In this document: one piece after another, positions 32,241 to 42,744 of the stretch
Layout: every line of letters starts with the position of its first letter
Numbering within the stretch: the first letter of the stretch is position 1
From: an uncultured Sutterella sp.
Lineage (GTDB): Bacteria; Pseudomonadota; Gammaproteobacteria; Burkholderiales; Burkholderiaceae_F
NCBI RefSeq assembly: GCF_905198475.1
Contig: NZ_CAJKCQ010000001.1
Direction: 5' to 3' (one strand)
DNA: 64,000 nt
Made by a program: the position numbers and the translations under genes
The notes under the pieces: model-generated
What the model saw: only the letters and a program-made list of their open reading frames with translations
Databases searched by the model: none
Told to the model about the DNA's origin: nothing

Positions 32241-32594
32241 ATGATCGAAATCTACGGCATTCCGACCTGCGGGTCGGTGAAGAAGGCGCTCGCCTGGGCG
32301 CGCGCCGAAGGCGTGGAGTTCACGTTCCACAACTTCCGCACCGAGGCGCCCTCGGAGGCGCTCCTCGACGGGTGGCTCAAGTTTGTTCCCGCCGAAAAGC
32401 TCGCCAACACGGCCGGGCAGACCTGGCGCAAACTCGACGCGGATCTGCGCGCCGCCGCGAAGGTCAATCCCGCGATGCTGCGCACGCTCATGCTCTCCTC
32501 GCCGCTCCTCATCAAGCGCCCCGTGATCGTCTGGGCGGACGGCACCGTCACCTGCGGCGTCGACGAGGCGCTCTGGGCGACGCTTGCCCGCTGA
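32241..32594 (+). CDS. ArsC/Spx-family thiol reductase-like protein (YffB-like)
   Basis: MIEIYGIPTCGSVKKA... CxxS/T N-terminal motif, about 115 aa. Confidence 0.7.
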   Translation: MIEIYGIPTCGSVKKALAWARAEGVEFTFHNFRTEAPSEALLDGWLKFVPAEKLANTAGQTWRKLDADLRAAAKVNPAMLRTLMLSSPLLIKRPVIVWADGTVTCGVDEALWATLAR

Positions 32595-32632
32595 AGCGAA
32601 GCACCCAAGGAACGGCCTTCGTGACGCAGCCC

Positions 32633-33532
32633 ATGCTTCTCGAGCGCACCCGCTCGGCGCTTCCCTTCCTCGCCCTCGTCGCCGCCACGGCCTTCTGGGG
32701 GAGCTCCTTCATCACGGTCGCAGAGGCGCTTCATTCGACCGATCCCTTCACGCTCGTCTTCCTGCGCTTCGGCGCGGGGACGCTCCTCGTGCTCGCGCTC
32801 CTGCGCGGACAGGTGCTGCGGATCCCGGCCCGGACGTGGCGCATGGGCGCCGTCTGCGCGACGGTGATCTATGCGTCCTACCTCCTCAACCACGCCGGGC
32901 TGATGACGATCCTCTCGTCCACGTCGGGGTTTCTCACGGCGCTCTACGTGCCGATCACGCCCTTCCTCTTCTGGGCGATGGCCGGACGCCGCCCCGACGG
33001 CTTCGCCTTCGCCGGCGCGCTCACGGCCTTCGCCGGGCTCGCGCTTCTCGCCGACCCGTTCTCGCTCTCCTTCCGGAGCAGCTGGGGCGAGTGGGCGACG
33101 ATCGCCTCGGCCTTCCTCTCCGCCTTCGAGATCATCCTGATGGGGCGCTTCGCGCCCTACTGCCGAGCGCGCGAGATCGCCTTCGTGCAGATCCTCTTCG
33201 TCACGCTCTTCGCCGGTGCGGGGACGCTTCTCGCGCACGCCGCGGGGCTGCCGCTCGAGCCCACGACGTTCACCCCCGAACTCGTTCTCTCCGTCGGCTG
33301 GCTCGCCGTCATCCTCTGCTGCGCGCAGCTCCTCCTCGCCTGGGGGCAGAAGTTCGTGCCGCCCGCACAGGCCGCGGTGATCTTCGCGCTCGAGAGCGTC
33401 TTCGCCGCCCTGATCGGGTGGTTCGCCGGCGAACGGCTCGGGTTCTGGGGCGTCACGGGCGGCGCGCTCATCGTCGCGGGCATCCTCATCACCGAGGCAA
33501 AGCGCATCCGCGCCGAAGCCGCCAAACACTGA
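32633..33532 (+). CDS. DMT-superfamily (EamA-like) transporter
   Basis: Ten predicted TM helices in two EamA repeats. An alternative GTG start is at 32621. Confidence 0.7.
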   Translation: MLLERTRSALPFLALVAATAFWGSSFITVAEALHSTDPFTLVFLRFGAGTLLVLALLRGQVLRIPARTWRMGAVCATVIYASYLLNHAGLMTILSSTSGFLTALYVPITPFLFWAMAGRRPDGFAFAGALTAFAGLALLADPFSLSFRSSWGEWATIASAFLSAFEIILMGRFAPYCRAREIAFVQILFVTLFAGAGTLLAHAAGLPLEPTTFTPELVLSVGWLAVILCCAQLLLAWGQKFVPPAQAAVIFALESVFAALIGWFAGERLGFWGVTGGALIVAGILITEAKRIRAEAAKH

Positions 33533-33551
33533 CTGAAAGGCGCCCCCCACC

Positions 33552-34370
33552 ATGCCCTCCGACCTTCCCATCGGCATCCTCGACTCGGGGTTCGGCGGTC
33601 TGTCGGTCGCGCGCGCGGTGCGCGCGAGGCTGCCCGCCGAGCGCATCGTCTTCGCCGCCGACTGCGCCTATGCGCCTTACGGCGACCGCGACGAGGCGTA
33701 CATCCTCGAGCGGCTCGGCCGCATCATCAGCTTTCTCGTCGCCCAGCGCGTCAAGGCCCTCGTCTTCGCGTGCAACACGGCGACGGCCGTGGGCGTGCGG
33801 CGCTTCCGGGCGCTCCTCCCGATGCCGATCATCGGCATCGAGCCGGCGGTCTTTCCCGCCGTGCGCCACACCCGCAGCGGCACGATCGGGGTGCTCGCCA
33901 CCTCGCGCACGATCGCGAGCGAAAAGTACGCGCGCGTGAAGGAGCGCGCCCTCGACTGGGCGCAGGTCTCGCGCCCGATGCCGATCCACGTGATCGACCA
34001 GCCCTGCCCCGGGCTCATGGAGTGCGTAGAGCGCGGCGATTTCGGCTCGCCCGAGGTCGAGCGTCTGCTCGCCCTCTACGTGGACCCGATGGTCCGCGCG
34101 GGCGCCGACGAGATCGTGCTCGGCTGCACGCACTACCCGTTCCTCGCACCGGCGATCGCGCGCCGTGCGCCGGGAGCGCACCTCATCGACCCCGCGCCCG
34201 CGGTGGCCGAGCAGCTCGAGCGCCGGCTCGCCTTCCTCGACCTTCTCTCGCGCGAAGCGCCCGCCGCCGCCGACCCGACCGTCTTCTACGCGACGGGCGC
34301 GAATCCGGCGCGCGAAGCCGTGCTCCGGAGCCTCTGGCCGGGGCGCCCGGAGCTGCGTGAACTCGCCTGA
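33552..34370 (+). CDS. murI: Glutamate racemase
   Basis: GILDSGFGGLSV, FACNTATA, LGCTHYP motifs. Confidence 0.85.
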   Translation: MPSDLPIGILDSGFGGLSVARAVRARLPAERIVFAADCAYAPYGDRDEAYILERLGRIISFLVAQRVKALVFACNTATAVGVRRFRALLPMPIIGIEPAVFPAVRHTRSGTIGVLATSRTIASEKYARVKERALDWAQVSRPMPIHVIDQPCPGLMECVERGDFGSPEVERLLALYVDPMVRAGADEIVLGCTHYPFLAPAIARRAPGAHLIDPAPAVAEQLERRLAFLDLLSREAPAAADPTVFYATGANPAREAVLRSLWPGRPELRELA

Positions 34371-34374
34371 GGCC

Positions 34375-34830
34375 TCAGCCGCGGAATTCGAGAAGCGGGT
34401 CGCCGGGCTCGACGAGGTAGGCCGAGAAGGCCCGGCGGATTTGTTCCGGAATATCGCTCTTCACGAAGTTTCCCTCGTGGTCAAGCCTGACGCAGACCAT
34501 CGTCTGCGCGCACTTCACGCGCAGCTCCCCGTCCTTGGAGAGCGTGAGCGCGAAGCGCACCGAGGAGGCTCCGAGCTTCTCGAGCCAGACGCGGCCCTCG
34601 AGCACGTCGCCCGGACGCGAGGGCGCGACGAAGTCCGTCCTCACGCCGACGAGGGGGAAGCCCACGCCGTACTTCTTGATTTCGATGAACCCCACGTCGG
34701 CGACGTCGCGCAGGAAGTCTTCGTGCAGTTCGTTGAGGATCTTGTAGTAGGAGGGGTGATAGACGATGCCCGCGGGGTCGCAGTCACCGAAGTGAATGCG
34801 CACGGGCTGCTCATAGACCTGATGAGGCAT
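34375..34830 (-). CDS. Hotdog-fold acyl-CoA thioesterase (YbgC/4HBT family)
   Basis: VRIHFGDCDPAGIVYHPSY N-terminal signature of 4HBT thioesterases. Confidence 0.65.
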   Translation of the reverse strand: MPHQVYEQPVRIHFGDCDPAGIVYHPSYYKILNELHEDFLRDVADVGFIEIKKYGVGFPLVGVRTDFVAPSRPGDVLEGRVWLEKLGASSVRFALTLSKDGELRVKCAQTMVCVRLDHEGNFVKSDIPEQIRRAFSAYLVEPGDPLLEFRG

Positions 34831-34899
34831 GAATGTGCTCGGGGGGAGTGTGTGGGGTTGAGGGTTTGGGGGAGTGCAAAAGAATACCGTCTGCTCCGC

Positions 34900-35547
34900 T
34901 CAGGCGCCGCCCGGAACGAGCGCGCGAAGAACGGCGCGCACGGGGCTCGCCTCGACGCCTTCGAGGGGGAGCGGCAGGGCGATGAGCTCATATTCGCCCG
35001 CCTCGACGCCCGAAAGATCGAGGTTCTCGAGGATCGCCATGCGGTTTGAGAGCGCAATGCGGTGCGCCACGAGGAGCGCGCTCTCCGCGGGGTCGATGCT
35101 CGGCGCATCGACGCCGATCAGCCCCACGCCTTCGGTGGCGAGGTGGCGGATGAGCTGCGGCTTCAGGGCGCGGAACTCCGGCGTCCACTCCCGGGGGTGG
35201 TGCCTGCGGGTCTTGAAGAGGATCCGCGGCGGCAGCGTGGCGGCGGCGCCGAGCGCCTCCGGTCCGATCGGGTCGAGCGTCTGCTCGTCGGAGAGGTCCA
35301 CGACGAGGCAGCGCCCGATGAAGGTCTCGAGCCGCAGGGACGCGGCGTCCGCCGCTCCCCCGTCGAGGTGCAGCGGCGCATCGGCGTGCGCGCCGACGTG
35401 GGGCGAAAAGGTGAGCGTCGAGACGTTCGCCGCGGCGCCGTCCGCGATGCGCTCGCTCCAGCAGACCTGGAAGGGCGTGTCGCCGGGGAAGGCGGGCGTG
35501 AGACGGCCGAGAGGCGGCGTGATGTCCCAGATGCGGCGCTGCGTCAT
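34900..35547 (-). CDS. Cyclase-family protein (kynurenine formamidase KynB-like)
   Basis: MTQRRIWDITPPL..FPGDTPF..HVGAHADAPLH are cyclase/arylformamidase motifs. The start at 35547 is taken over the longer ORF. Confidence 0.6.
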   Translation of the reverse strand: MTQRRIWDITPPLGRLTPAFPGDTPFQVCWSERIADGAAANVSTLTFSPHVGAHADAPLHLDGGAADAASLRLETFIGRCLVVDLSDEQTLDPIGPEALGAAATLPPRILFKTRRHHPREWTPEFRALKPQLIRHLATEGVGLIGVDAPSIDPAESALLVAHRIALSNRMAILENLDLSGVEAGEYELIALPLPLEGVEASPVRAVLRALVPGGA

Positions 35548-35750
35548 GTAAGAATCCTTCGTCAAAAAGGGCGTTCGCCGCGGACGGGCTCCCCTGCGGG
35601 CGCCCCGCGGCAACAATTGCTGATGGAACTTTGCATTGGATTCTAGGGCCCTCGCTCGGGCGCTTCCTATACTCACCAACAACTATCCGGAGCGGCGCGG
35701 GACCTTCCGCCCCGACGTTTGAGCCGCTCCTCATCCTTATAGGTAGAGTC

Positions 35751-36296
35751 ATGCAGAATCCTGAATTCGCCCGTCTGATCGCGGAGCGCCGCTCCGTGCG
35801 CCCGAAGGCGCAGCTATCCGCCGCGCCCTCCGACGAAGTCCTCGAGGCGGCCGTGCGCGCCGCCCGCTCGGCCCCCTCGCACAACCCGGCCTACCCGGTG
35901 CGCTTCGTGAAGGTGGTCTCCCGCGAAAAGTTGGCCGACGTCTTTGAGAAGGCGCTCCCCGCGGACGCCGACCAGACGATGCGCGAGCGCGCCCGAAGCA
36001 AGGCCCTGAAGGGCGCCTGCTGCATCGTCCTCATCGGCCCGAAGCCCCAGGCCGACTGGCCGCGCTTCATGGACATGGAGAACCTGATGACCGCGGGCGG
36101 CGCCCTCACGAACTTCCTCAACGTCCTCTGGGCCGAGGGCGTCGGCGCGATGACGCTCACGACGCGCGAGATCGCCGACCCCGAAGGGCTCTTCGACCCG
36201 AAGACCGAACGCCTGCTCGGGTTCGTGCTCTGCGGCGAAATGGGCAAACGTCCGGAGCCGCGCCCCGAGACGGCGTCGCTCCTCTCGGTCTGGTAG
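35751..36296 (+). CDS. Nitroreductase-family protein
   Basis: RRSVRPKAQLSAAPSDEVLEAAVRAA...NPAYPVRF nitroreductase N-terminal signature. Start at MQNPEF. Confidence 0.55.
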   Translation: MQNPEFARLIAERRSVRPKAQLSAAPSDEVLEAAVRAARSAPSHNPAYPVRFVKVVSREKLADVFEKALPADADQTMRERARSKALKGACCIVLIGPKPQADWPRFMDMENLMTAGGALTNFLNVLWAEGVGAMTLTTREIADPEGLFDPKTERLLGFVLCGEMGKRPEPRPETASLLSVW

Positions 36297-36300
36297 CGCC

Positions 36301-37374
36301 TCAGCGCATTCCGGCCGCGCTCCTCCCGGACGCGACGGGCCGGTCCTCCTCCAGGATCCGGTCCGTGATCTCGGCGATGCGGCGCACCGTGACGGGCGCG
36401 CACCCCTCGGCCTTGTTGTTGACGACGAGGTAGCTCTCGACGCCGCTGCGCGCCGCGCGCGCGATGAGCGAGGCGATGAGGGCGCGGGTCGCCGGATCGG
36501 CGGCGCGCACGGCGCCAAAGGGCGCCCAGGCGGTCTTCGCCGTGTCGTAGAACTGGTGCGCGGCGAGCGACCACCGCACGACGAGCGGACCGGCCAACCG
36601 CCAGTCGCCCCCGGTCGATTCGGGCGCGTCGCAGTAGCGCAGCGCCTCGGTCTGCCGGCGGATGCCGGGCATCGCCGGGTGCAGTCCCACCACGGGGCGC
36701 ACCCCCGCGGACTTGAGGCGCTTCACCATGCGCGGTGTGAGAAGCTCGTAGTTGCGAAACTCCGCCGCGAGGAGAAGTCCGTCCGCGGGCGCGCGCAGCG
36801 CCTCAAAGAAGTCCCCGATCCGTTCTGTCATGGCGATGCGCGCCTCGTTCGTGCGCAGCTCCGGATGCGGCACGGGCGAAAACTGAAAGACGAGCGGACC
36901 GGCCTTGGCGCCGAGTCCGAGCCGCGCGGGCCCGAGGAACTTCTCCACGGCTGCGTGCGGATTGAGGAACAGCGGATTGACGCCCGTCGCCGCGCCGCGG
37001 TCGTTTCGCGTGCAGGGGTCGGTCACCTCGCGGGGCGCCTTCACGAGAAAGCGGAAGTCTTCGGGCACCTGCGCAGCGAAGCGCGCGAAGGCCCCGACGG
37101 AGAGCGCCCGGTAGAAGTTCCGGTCGAGCCCGACGGTGCGGAGGATGGGCGAGGCGCTGTAGGCGGGGAGCCCCTCCGAGGCGAGGTGCTCGAGGGCGCT
37201 CCCGCGGCTCCAGACGATGCCGCGCCAACCGGGAAAATTCCACGTGGAGGTGCCGAGCCGCACCGTGCGCGGCAGCCGCGCGGCGAGCGCGCGCAGCGCC
37301 TCGTCGGGCGGCTGCGGGAGCACCGGCCCGTTTTCCGGCGGCGCGTCGTCGAAGAGTTGTGGAGCGTCCATCAT
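36301..37374 (-). CDS. DUF72 (YecE/UPF0759) family protein
   Basis: LGTSTWNFPGWRGIVW resembles the DUF72 N-terminal motif; about 357 aa. Confidence 0.6.
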   Translation of the reverse strand: MMDAPQLFDDAPPENGPVLPQPPDEALRALAARLPRTVRLGTSTWNFPGWRGIVWSRGSALEHLASEGLPAYSASPILRTVGLDRNFYRALSVGAFARFAAQVPEDFRFLVKAPREVTDPCTRNDRGAATGVNPLFLNPHAAVEKFLGPARLGLGAKAGPLVFQFSPVPHPELRTNEARIAMTERIGDFFEALRAPADGLLLAAEFRNYELLTPRMVKRLKSAGVRPVVGLHPAMPGIRRQTEALRYCDAPESTGGDWRLAGPLVVRWSLAAHQFYDTAKTAWAPFGAVRAADPATRALIASLIARAARSGVESYLVVNNKAEGCAPVTVRRIAEITDRILEEDRPVASGRSAAGMR

Positions 37375-37516
37375 GGCGGCGGGGCGGAAAACCTCGTCTC
37401 GCCGGGCCGGGTGGGCGCCAAGCGGGAGCGGGTTTTCCTTCAGGAATCGGCTTCCTTCAATATAGCCGCGGCAAAATGCGTCCGGCTACAATCCTTAAGA
37501 CATTCATCCCCTTATT

Positions 37517-38257
37517 TTGGAGTCTCCGCACGTGGATCAAACGTTAGAAATGCCCGCCCTTTCAGGCGCCGCCGCCGTCCCGATCGAACAGCAGGGCTCC
37601 GTCTGGGTTGTGGACGACGACGACGGGCGCGTGTCGCTCTCCTTCGCCCTCAAGCCGCGCTTCGAGACGGCGAGCTTCCCCTCCGTGCAGACCTTCCTCG
37701 CCCGGGCCGACCTCGATCATCCGGGTTGCCTCGTCGTCGCCGAACGCATGGCGAACGCCGGCGCGCGCGGCGTGCAGGCCGAGCTCGCTGCTCTGAAGAG
37801 CCCCATTTCGGTGATCTTCCTCGCGCAGCAGTCCGACATCCGCACGGCCGTGCGGGCGATGGAGAACGGAGCCGTAAGCTTCCTCGAGAAGCCCGTCGAT
37901 CCGGACGAACTCACTGAAGCGGTCGAAAAGGGCCTGAGGCGCTCGGTGCGGCTTGCGCGCCGCAACCTCCTGATGCGGCTCTTCGAGACGCTCTCGCGCC
38001 GCGAGAAGCAGATCTTCATCCTCGTCTGCCAGGGACTGAGGAACGGCGACATCGCGCAGCTCCTCAACCTCTCGCAGCGCACGGTCGAAGTGCACCGTGC
38101 CCACATCGGCCGCAAGCTCGGCAACGCCGCGCCGATCCGGCTCCTCTACGAACTCACCCAGACTTCGGACGGGAACCTCCTCTCGGCGCAGTTCGACGAG
38201 CTCGACCAGTCCGCGCTCGAGCGCGCGATCAACGCGAGCGCGGCGACGTCGTCCTGA
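37517..38257 (+). CDS. LuxR/FixJ-family response regulator with an atypical (Asp-less) receiver domain
   Basis: Receiver fold aligns with FixJ, but the phospho-acceptor position (FixJ VTDLRMP) reads VVAERMA. The HTH LuxR output domain is intact (LSRREKQIFILVCQGLRNGDIAQLLNLSQRTVEVHRAHIGRKLG). Confidence 0.7.
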   Translation: MESPHVDQTLEMPALSGAAAVPIEQQGSVWVVDDDDGRVSLSFALKPRFETASFPSVQTFLARADLDHPGCLVVAERMANAGARGVQAELAALKSPISVIFLAQQSDIRTAVRAMENGAVSFLEKPVDPDELTEAVEKGLRRSVRLARRNLLMRLFETLSRREKQIFILVCQGLRNGDIAQLLNLSQRTVEVHRAHIGRKLGNAAPIRLLYELTQTSDGNLLSAQFDELDQSALERAINASAATSS

Positions 38258-38305
38258 TCGGCTTCTCCGCTCTCATTCCCGGAGCGCCCCGGAAGCGGCG
38301 CTCCG

Positions 38306-38347
38306 ACACAAAAAGGCCGCCCCGCGGGAATCCCGCATCGGGCGGCC
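38306..38347. terminator. Terminator hairpins between the convergent LuxR-regulator and Spy-like genes
   Basis: GGCCGCCCCGCGGGAATCCCGCATCGGGCGGCC hairpin with TTTTTGTGT on the minus strand and TTCTTCAT on the plus strand. A second hairpin GGAGCGCC-CCGGAAG-CGGCGCTCC lies at 38279-38305. Confidence 0.45.
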
Positions 38348-38373
38348 TTCTTCATGGCCGGCGCTTCACGCCG

Positions 38374-38907
38374 TCAGCGGGCCGGGCACTCGCCGCCCGC
38401 CGGGCACTGGGGGTTGTGCGGACCGTGGAAGCCCTGTGAGACGCGCGGCTTGTCGCCGCCGCGCATTCCGTGACCGGAATGCATGAGCTCGTAGCTCTCG
38501 AGCACGTACTTCTGCTCGGGCGAAAGCGCCTTGAAGAGCTCGGCGCGGGCCGCCGCGGTCTTGCCGAGAAGATCCGCACGGATCTTGGCGACCTGCGCGC
38601 GGCGCTCAAGGCGCGTCTGCACGTCCACAGCGGGCTTGTCGAACTTTGCGCCCGGCATCTGATCGAGCGCGGTGCGCGCCTCAACGTAGGCCTTCCAGGC
38701 GGCCTGCTGCTCGGGCTTGAGCGTGAGGATTCTCTCCATCGAGGCCCAGCCCGCGGCGCGCACGTCTTCGGCGGAGTAGCCCGCGCACGGGGCGTCGCCG
38801 CGGGGCACGTCCTCACCGTGATGCCAGGGGGCGGCGACCGCGGCGCCGGCGACGCAGAGCGCGCCGAGGGCGGTCAGGGAGGCGATGATCTTGTGGCTCT
38901 TCTTCAT
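38374..38907 (-). CDS. Spy/CpxP-family periplasmic protein (LTXXQ motifs)
   Basis: Signal peptide MKKSHKIIASLTALGALCVAGAAVA; LTLKPEQQAAW and LSPEQKYVL match the LTXXQ family; C-terminal His/Cys-rich tail. Confidence 0.6.
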   Translation of the reverse strand: MKKSHKIIASLTALGALCVAGAAVAAPWHHGEDVPRGDAPCAGYSAEDVRAAGWASMERILTLKPEQQAAWKAYVEARTALDQMPGAKFDKPAVDVQTRLERRAQVAKIRADLLGKTAAARAELFKALSPEQKYVLESYELMHSGHGMRGGDKPRVSQGFHGPHNPQCPAGGECPAR

Positions 38908-39035
38908 TTCTTCTCTCTAACTGTGACGGAGCGGCGTGCTTCAAGGGGGCCGCGGCCCACCAAGCGCCGGATCGGAAGGAGCACCGCTCCGGTCTTGATG
39001 AAGTGGACTTTAGCGGTCCGTTCCTGAGAGGTTCC

Positions 39036-39064
39036 TTAGCGCATATTCCCGTCTGTTAGCGCAT
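39036..39064. promoter_or_regulatory. Direct repeat TTAGCGCAT ... (20 bp) ... TTAGCGCAT upstream of the Spy/CpxP-like gene; candidate response-regulator operator
   Basis: Two identical 9-mers (39036-39044 and 39056-39064) with 20-bp periodicity, about 130-160 bp upstream of the start; a third degenerate copy, TTAGCGG, lies at 39010. E. coli spy and cpxP are controlled by CpxR and BaeR, which bind direct repeats. Confidence 0.3.
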
Positions 39065-39176
39065 GTTGCAGAAAGTTCCGGGCGTCCGACGGGGTCCGGG
39101 CCTCGGGATCCCCGTCCCGGCGGGGGTGCGCGAACAACCGTTCACTCATCCCGCCCGGAAACAACTTTTGCATTCG

Positions 39177-40985
39177 CTACGGATTGAAGGCCTTCGCGGG
39201 GTCCACCACCGTCGCGCGGTAGCCCATGGAGCCCAAAATGCGCATTTCGAAGACGGGTTCGGCGCCGCCGCGGCGGAATTCGGTGAGCACGGGGTTGACG
39301 CCGGTCTTCTCCTGCACGCCGATCGAGGCCCAATAAACCACAAGGGTGTCGCGGTCGGCCTCGTACTCAACCGAGGAGGTGATGGCGCTGTAGAGCTCGT
39401 GGCCGCGCTCGCGACCGTACTCCCAGAGCTGCTCGACCGTGCCCTTCTGCTCGTCGATCGAGTACATCACCGCGCGGCTGTACTTGTCCTTCGGGTTCTC
39501 GGGCTGGGAGAAGCCGCGCCCGTCGCCGTTGTCGAAGACCGTCACGACGGAGACGCCCGGGCGGGAGAGCTCCTTCACCTTCCAGCCCGTATGCTGCGTC
39601 CAGGTCCAGTCGAAGCGCCCCTCGCACCGGCCGATGCGGCAGGGGATGGGCCTGCCGGCGGCGTCCACCGGCGTGAGGACCTTGTCCTTGAGCTCCCCGG
39701 TCCAGCCGTTCGGCGCGCCGAGGATCCACTTCACGCGCTTGTCGCGGCCGATCTTGATCACGGCCGACTGGTGGCGCGAGCTCACGATGATCGAGTCGTC
39801 CGTCGGGTCGTAGTCGACGGAATTGACGTGCGCCCAGTTGCGGCCGGCCCCGGTGCCCGAGATGTCGCCGAAGGCGTTCCTGGCGTCGAGCCGCGCGATC
39901 TGCTCGGCCGAGAGGGTCTTGCCCGACTGCGCGAGGTCGACGTTGAGGCACACCGCCCCCTGGTCGATCGACTTCAACACGATGCTGCGGTTCGGGTCGA
40001 GGATCTCGAAGAGGCGCCATTCGTCGAGCACCCGCCCGTCGCGGTCCACCTCGATCACGACGTCGCGCACCGTGTGCACGTGCGAGCCGTCGGGGCGCTT
40101 CAGGTCTGCGGAGGCGACGCGCAGGAAGTAGCGCCCGTCGGGCCCCACCGCCATGGCGTGGCTGAAGTCGGCGTAGCCGTCCGGGAGCGGCCGGTCGAAG
40201 ACGCCGCGCCCCATCAGGTCGTACTTCACGTAGCGCTGCCCGTAGCCCCAGCTGAGCGCTCCGTCCGGGTTCTGGTGGAACCCCATCATGATGCCGGCGC
40301 GGTTGAGGCTGCGCGGGTCGTAGATCCGAGAGGGCTCGAGGTACCAGCGCACCTCGCCCGTCGTGTCGAGGACGGCGTTCTGCGGGTAGTTGTTCCACTG
40401 CAACGCCCCGCCCGAGGGGTTGTTCCAGACGGCGCGGCTGCCCTTGGGCGACTCGGGCAGCAGGTTGTTGATGAGGTAGAGCCGGCCGCGCAGATCCTCG
40501 GGAGCGGCCTTCACGACCTTCGTCTCGAAGGTCTTCACCGGGCGTCCGTGGGTCCACGAGGGATCGAGGTAGACGGGCGGCGTCCAGATGCGGTAGGTCT
40601 CGGTCTTCTCGACCGGGCCCGAGGCGGTGCGCTTGCGCCAGCTCACCTCGACCTCGTTGAGGTGCTCCGGATAGAGCCCGAAGACGGGGATGCCGCCGTA
40701 GGTGCGCAGCGACACGGGGCCGACGTCGTAGGCGATCTCGACGCCGCCCTTCTTCGGCACGACGCGTACGTGCGCGCGCTCGAGCACCTCGCCGCCGTTG
40801 CGGATCACGGCGGTGAGGGGCGCGATGTCGTAGGGATTCACGACCACCTCACCGAGATCGCCCTGCCGCTCGAAGTTGACCTGCATGCCGCTCGGGCCGC
40901 CGACGGCGAAGGAGGCCGCGGGCGAGGCGAGAATGAGGGCGGCGCCGAGTGCGCGCACGAGGCTGCGGCGTTGGAACTGGGGCAT
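39177..40985 (-). CDS. assT: Aryl-sulfate sulfotransferase (ASST family), periplasmic
   Basis: Signal peptide MPQFQRRSLVRALGAALILASPAASFA; the approximately 600-aa body matches AssT. The antisense plus-strand ORFs 39063..41099 and 39367..40557 are artefacts. Confidence 0.8.
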   Translation of the reverse strand: MPQFQRRSLVRALGAALILASPAASFAVGGPSGMQVNFERQGDLGEVVVNPYDIAPLTAVIRNGGEVLERAHVRVVPKKGGVEIAYDVGPVSLRTYGGIPVFGLYPEHLNEVEVSWRKRTASGPVEKTETYRIWTPPVYLDPSWTHGRPVKTFETKVVKAAPEDLRGRLYLINNLLPESPKGSRAVWNNPSGGALQWNNYPQNAVLDTTGEVRWYLEPSRIYDPRSLNRAGIMMGFHQNPDGALSWGYGQRYVKYDLMGRGVFDRPLPDGYADFSHAMAVGPDGRYFLRVASADLKRPDGSHVHTVRDVVIEVDRDGRVLDEWRLFEILDPNRSIVLKSIDQGAVCLNVDLAQSGKTLSAEQIARLDARNAFGDISGTGAGRNWAHVNSVDYDPTDDSIIVSSRHQSAVIKIGRDKRVKWILGAPNGWTGELKDKVLTPVDAAGRPIPCRIGRCEGRFDWTWTQHTGWKVKELSRPGVSVVTVFDNGDGRGFSQPENPKDKYSRAVMYSIDEQKGTVEQLWEYGRERGHELYSAITSSVEYEADRDTLVVYWASIGVQEKTGVNPVLTEFRRGGAEPVFEMRILGSMGYRATVVDPAKAFNP

Positions 40986-41168
40986 GACGGGTCTCCTTTG
41001 GGTGAGGACTGTTTTTCGCGCCGGCGCCTGAGGGCGCGTCAGACGCTCCTCCGGCCCGGGCTCATTCGATTATCGGCCCCGCGTCTTCGCCAGAGCTGAA
41101 GATGAAGGGCCCGCGGCCGCCCCCGGGAGCGGCGGCTGTCTTAAAATGCGCGCACTTTCCGGGCGTCG

Positions 41169-42615
<1,447 letters not shown>

Positions 42616-42677
42616 TTCCCTCCCCGGCGTCCCCGCGTCCGCCGCTCCCGGCGGGCGTGAGAACGCCCGGAAGAACC

Positions 42678-42727
42678 GAAGGGCAGGAGCTCCCCGCGTC
42701 GGGGAACGCCTGCCCTTCGTCGTTTCT
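42678..42727. terminator. Hairpin between convergent purB and modC
   Basis: GAAGGGCAGG...CCTGCCCTTC stem with an inner TCCCCG-CGT-CGGGGA stem, followed by GTCGTTTC. Confidence 0.4.
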
Positions 42728-42744
42728 ACGGGCGTAGCGTCGGG

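Noticed and set aside
39063-41099. 678-aa plus-strand ORF and 396-aa minus-strand ORF (39367..40557) overlapping assT
   Set aside because: Alternative frames of the AssT coding region. Only the frame giving the ASST protein with a signal peptide has homology; the others are Arg/Gly/Ala-rich artefacts.
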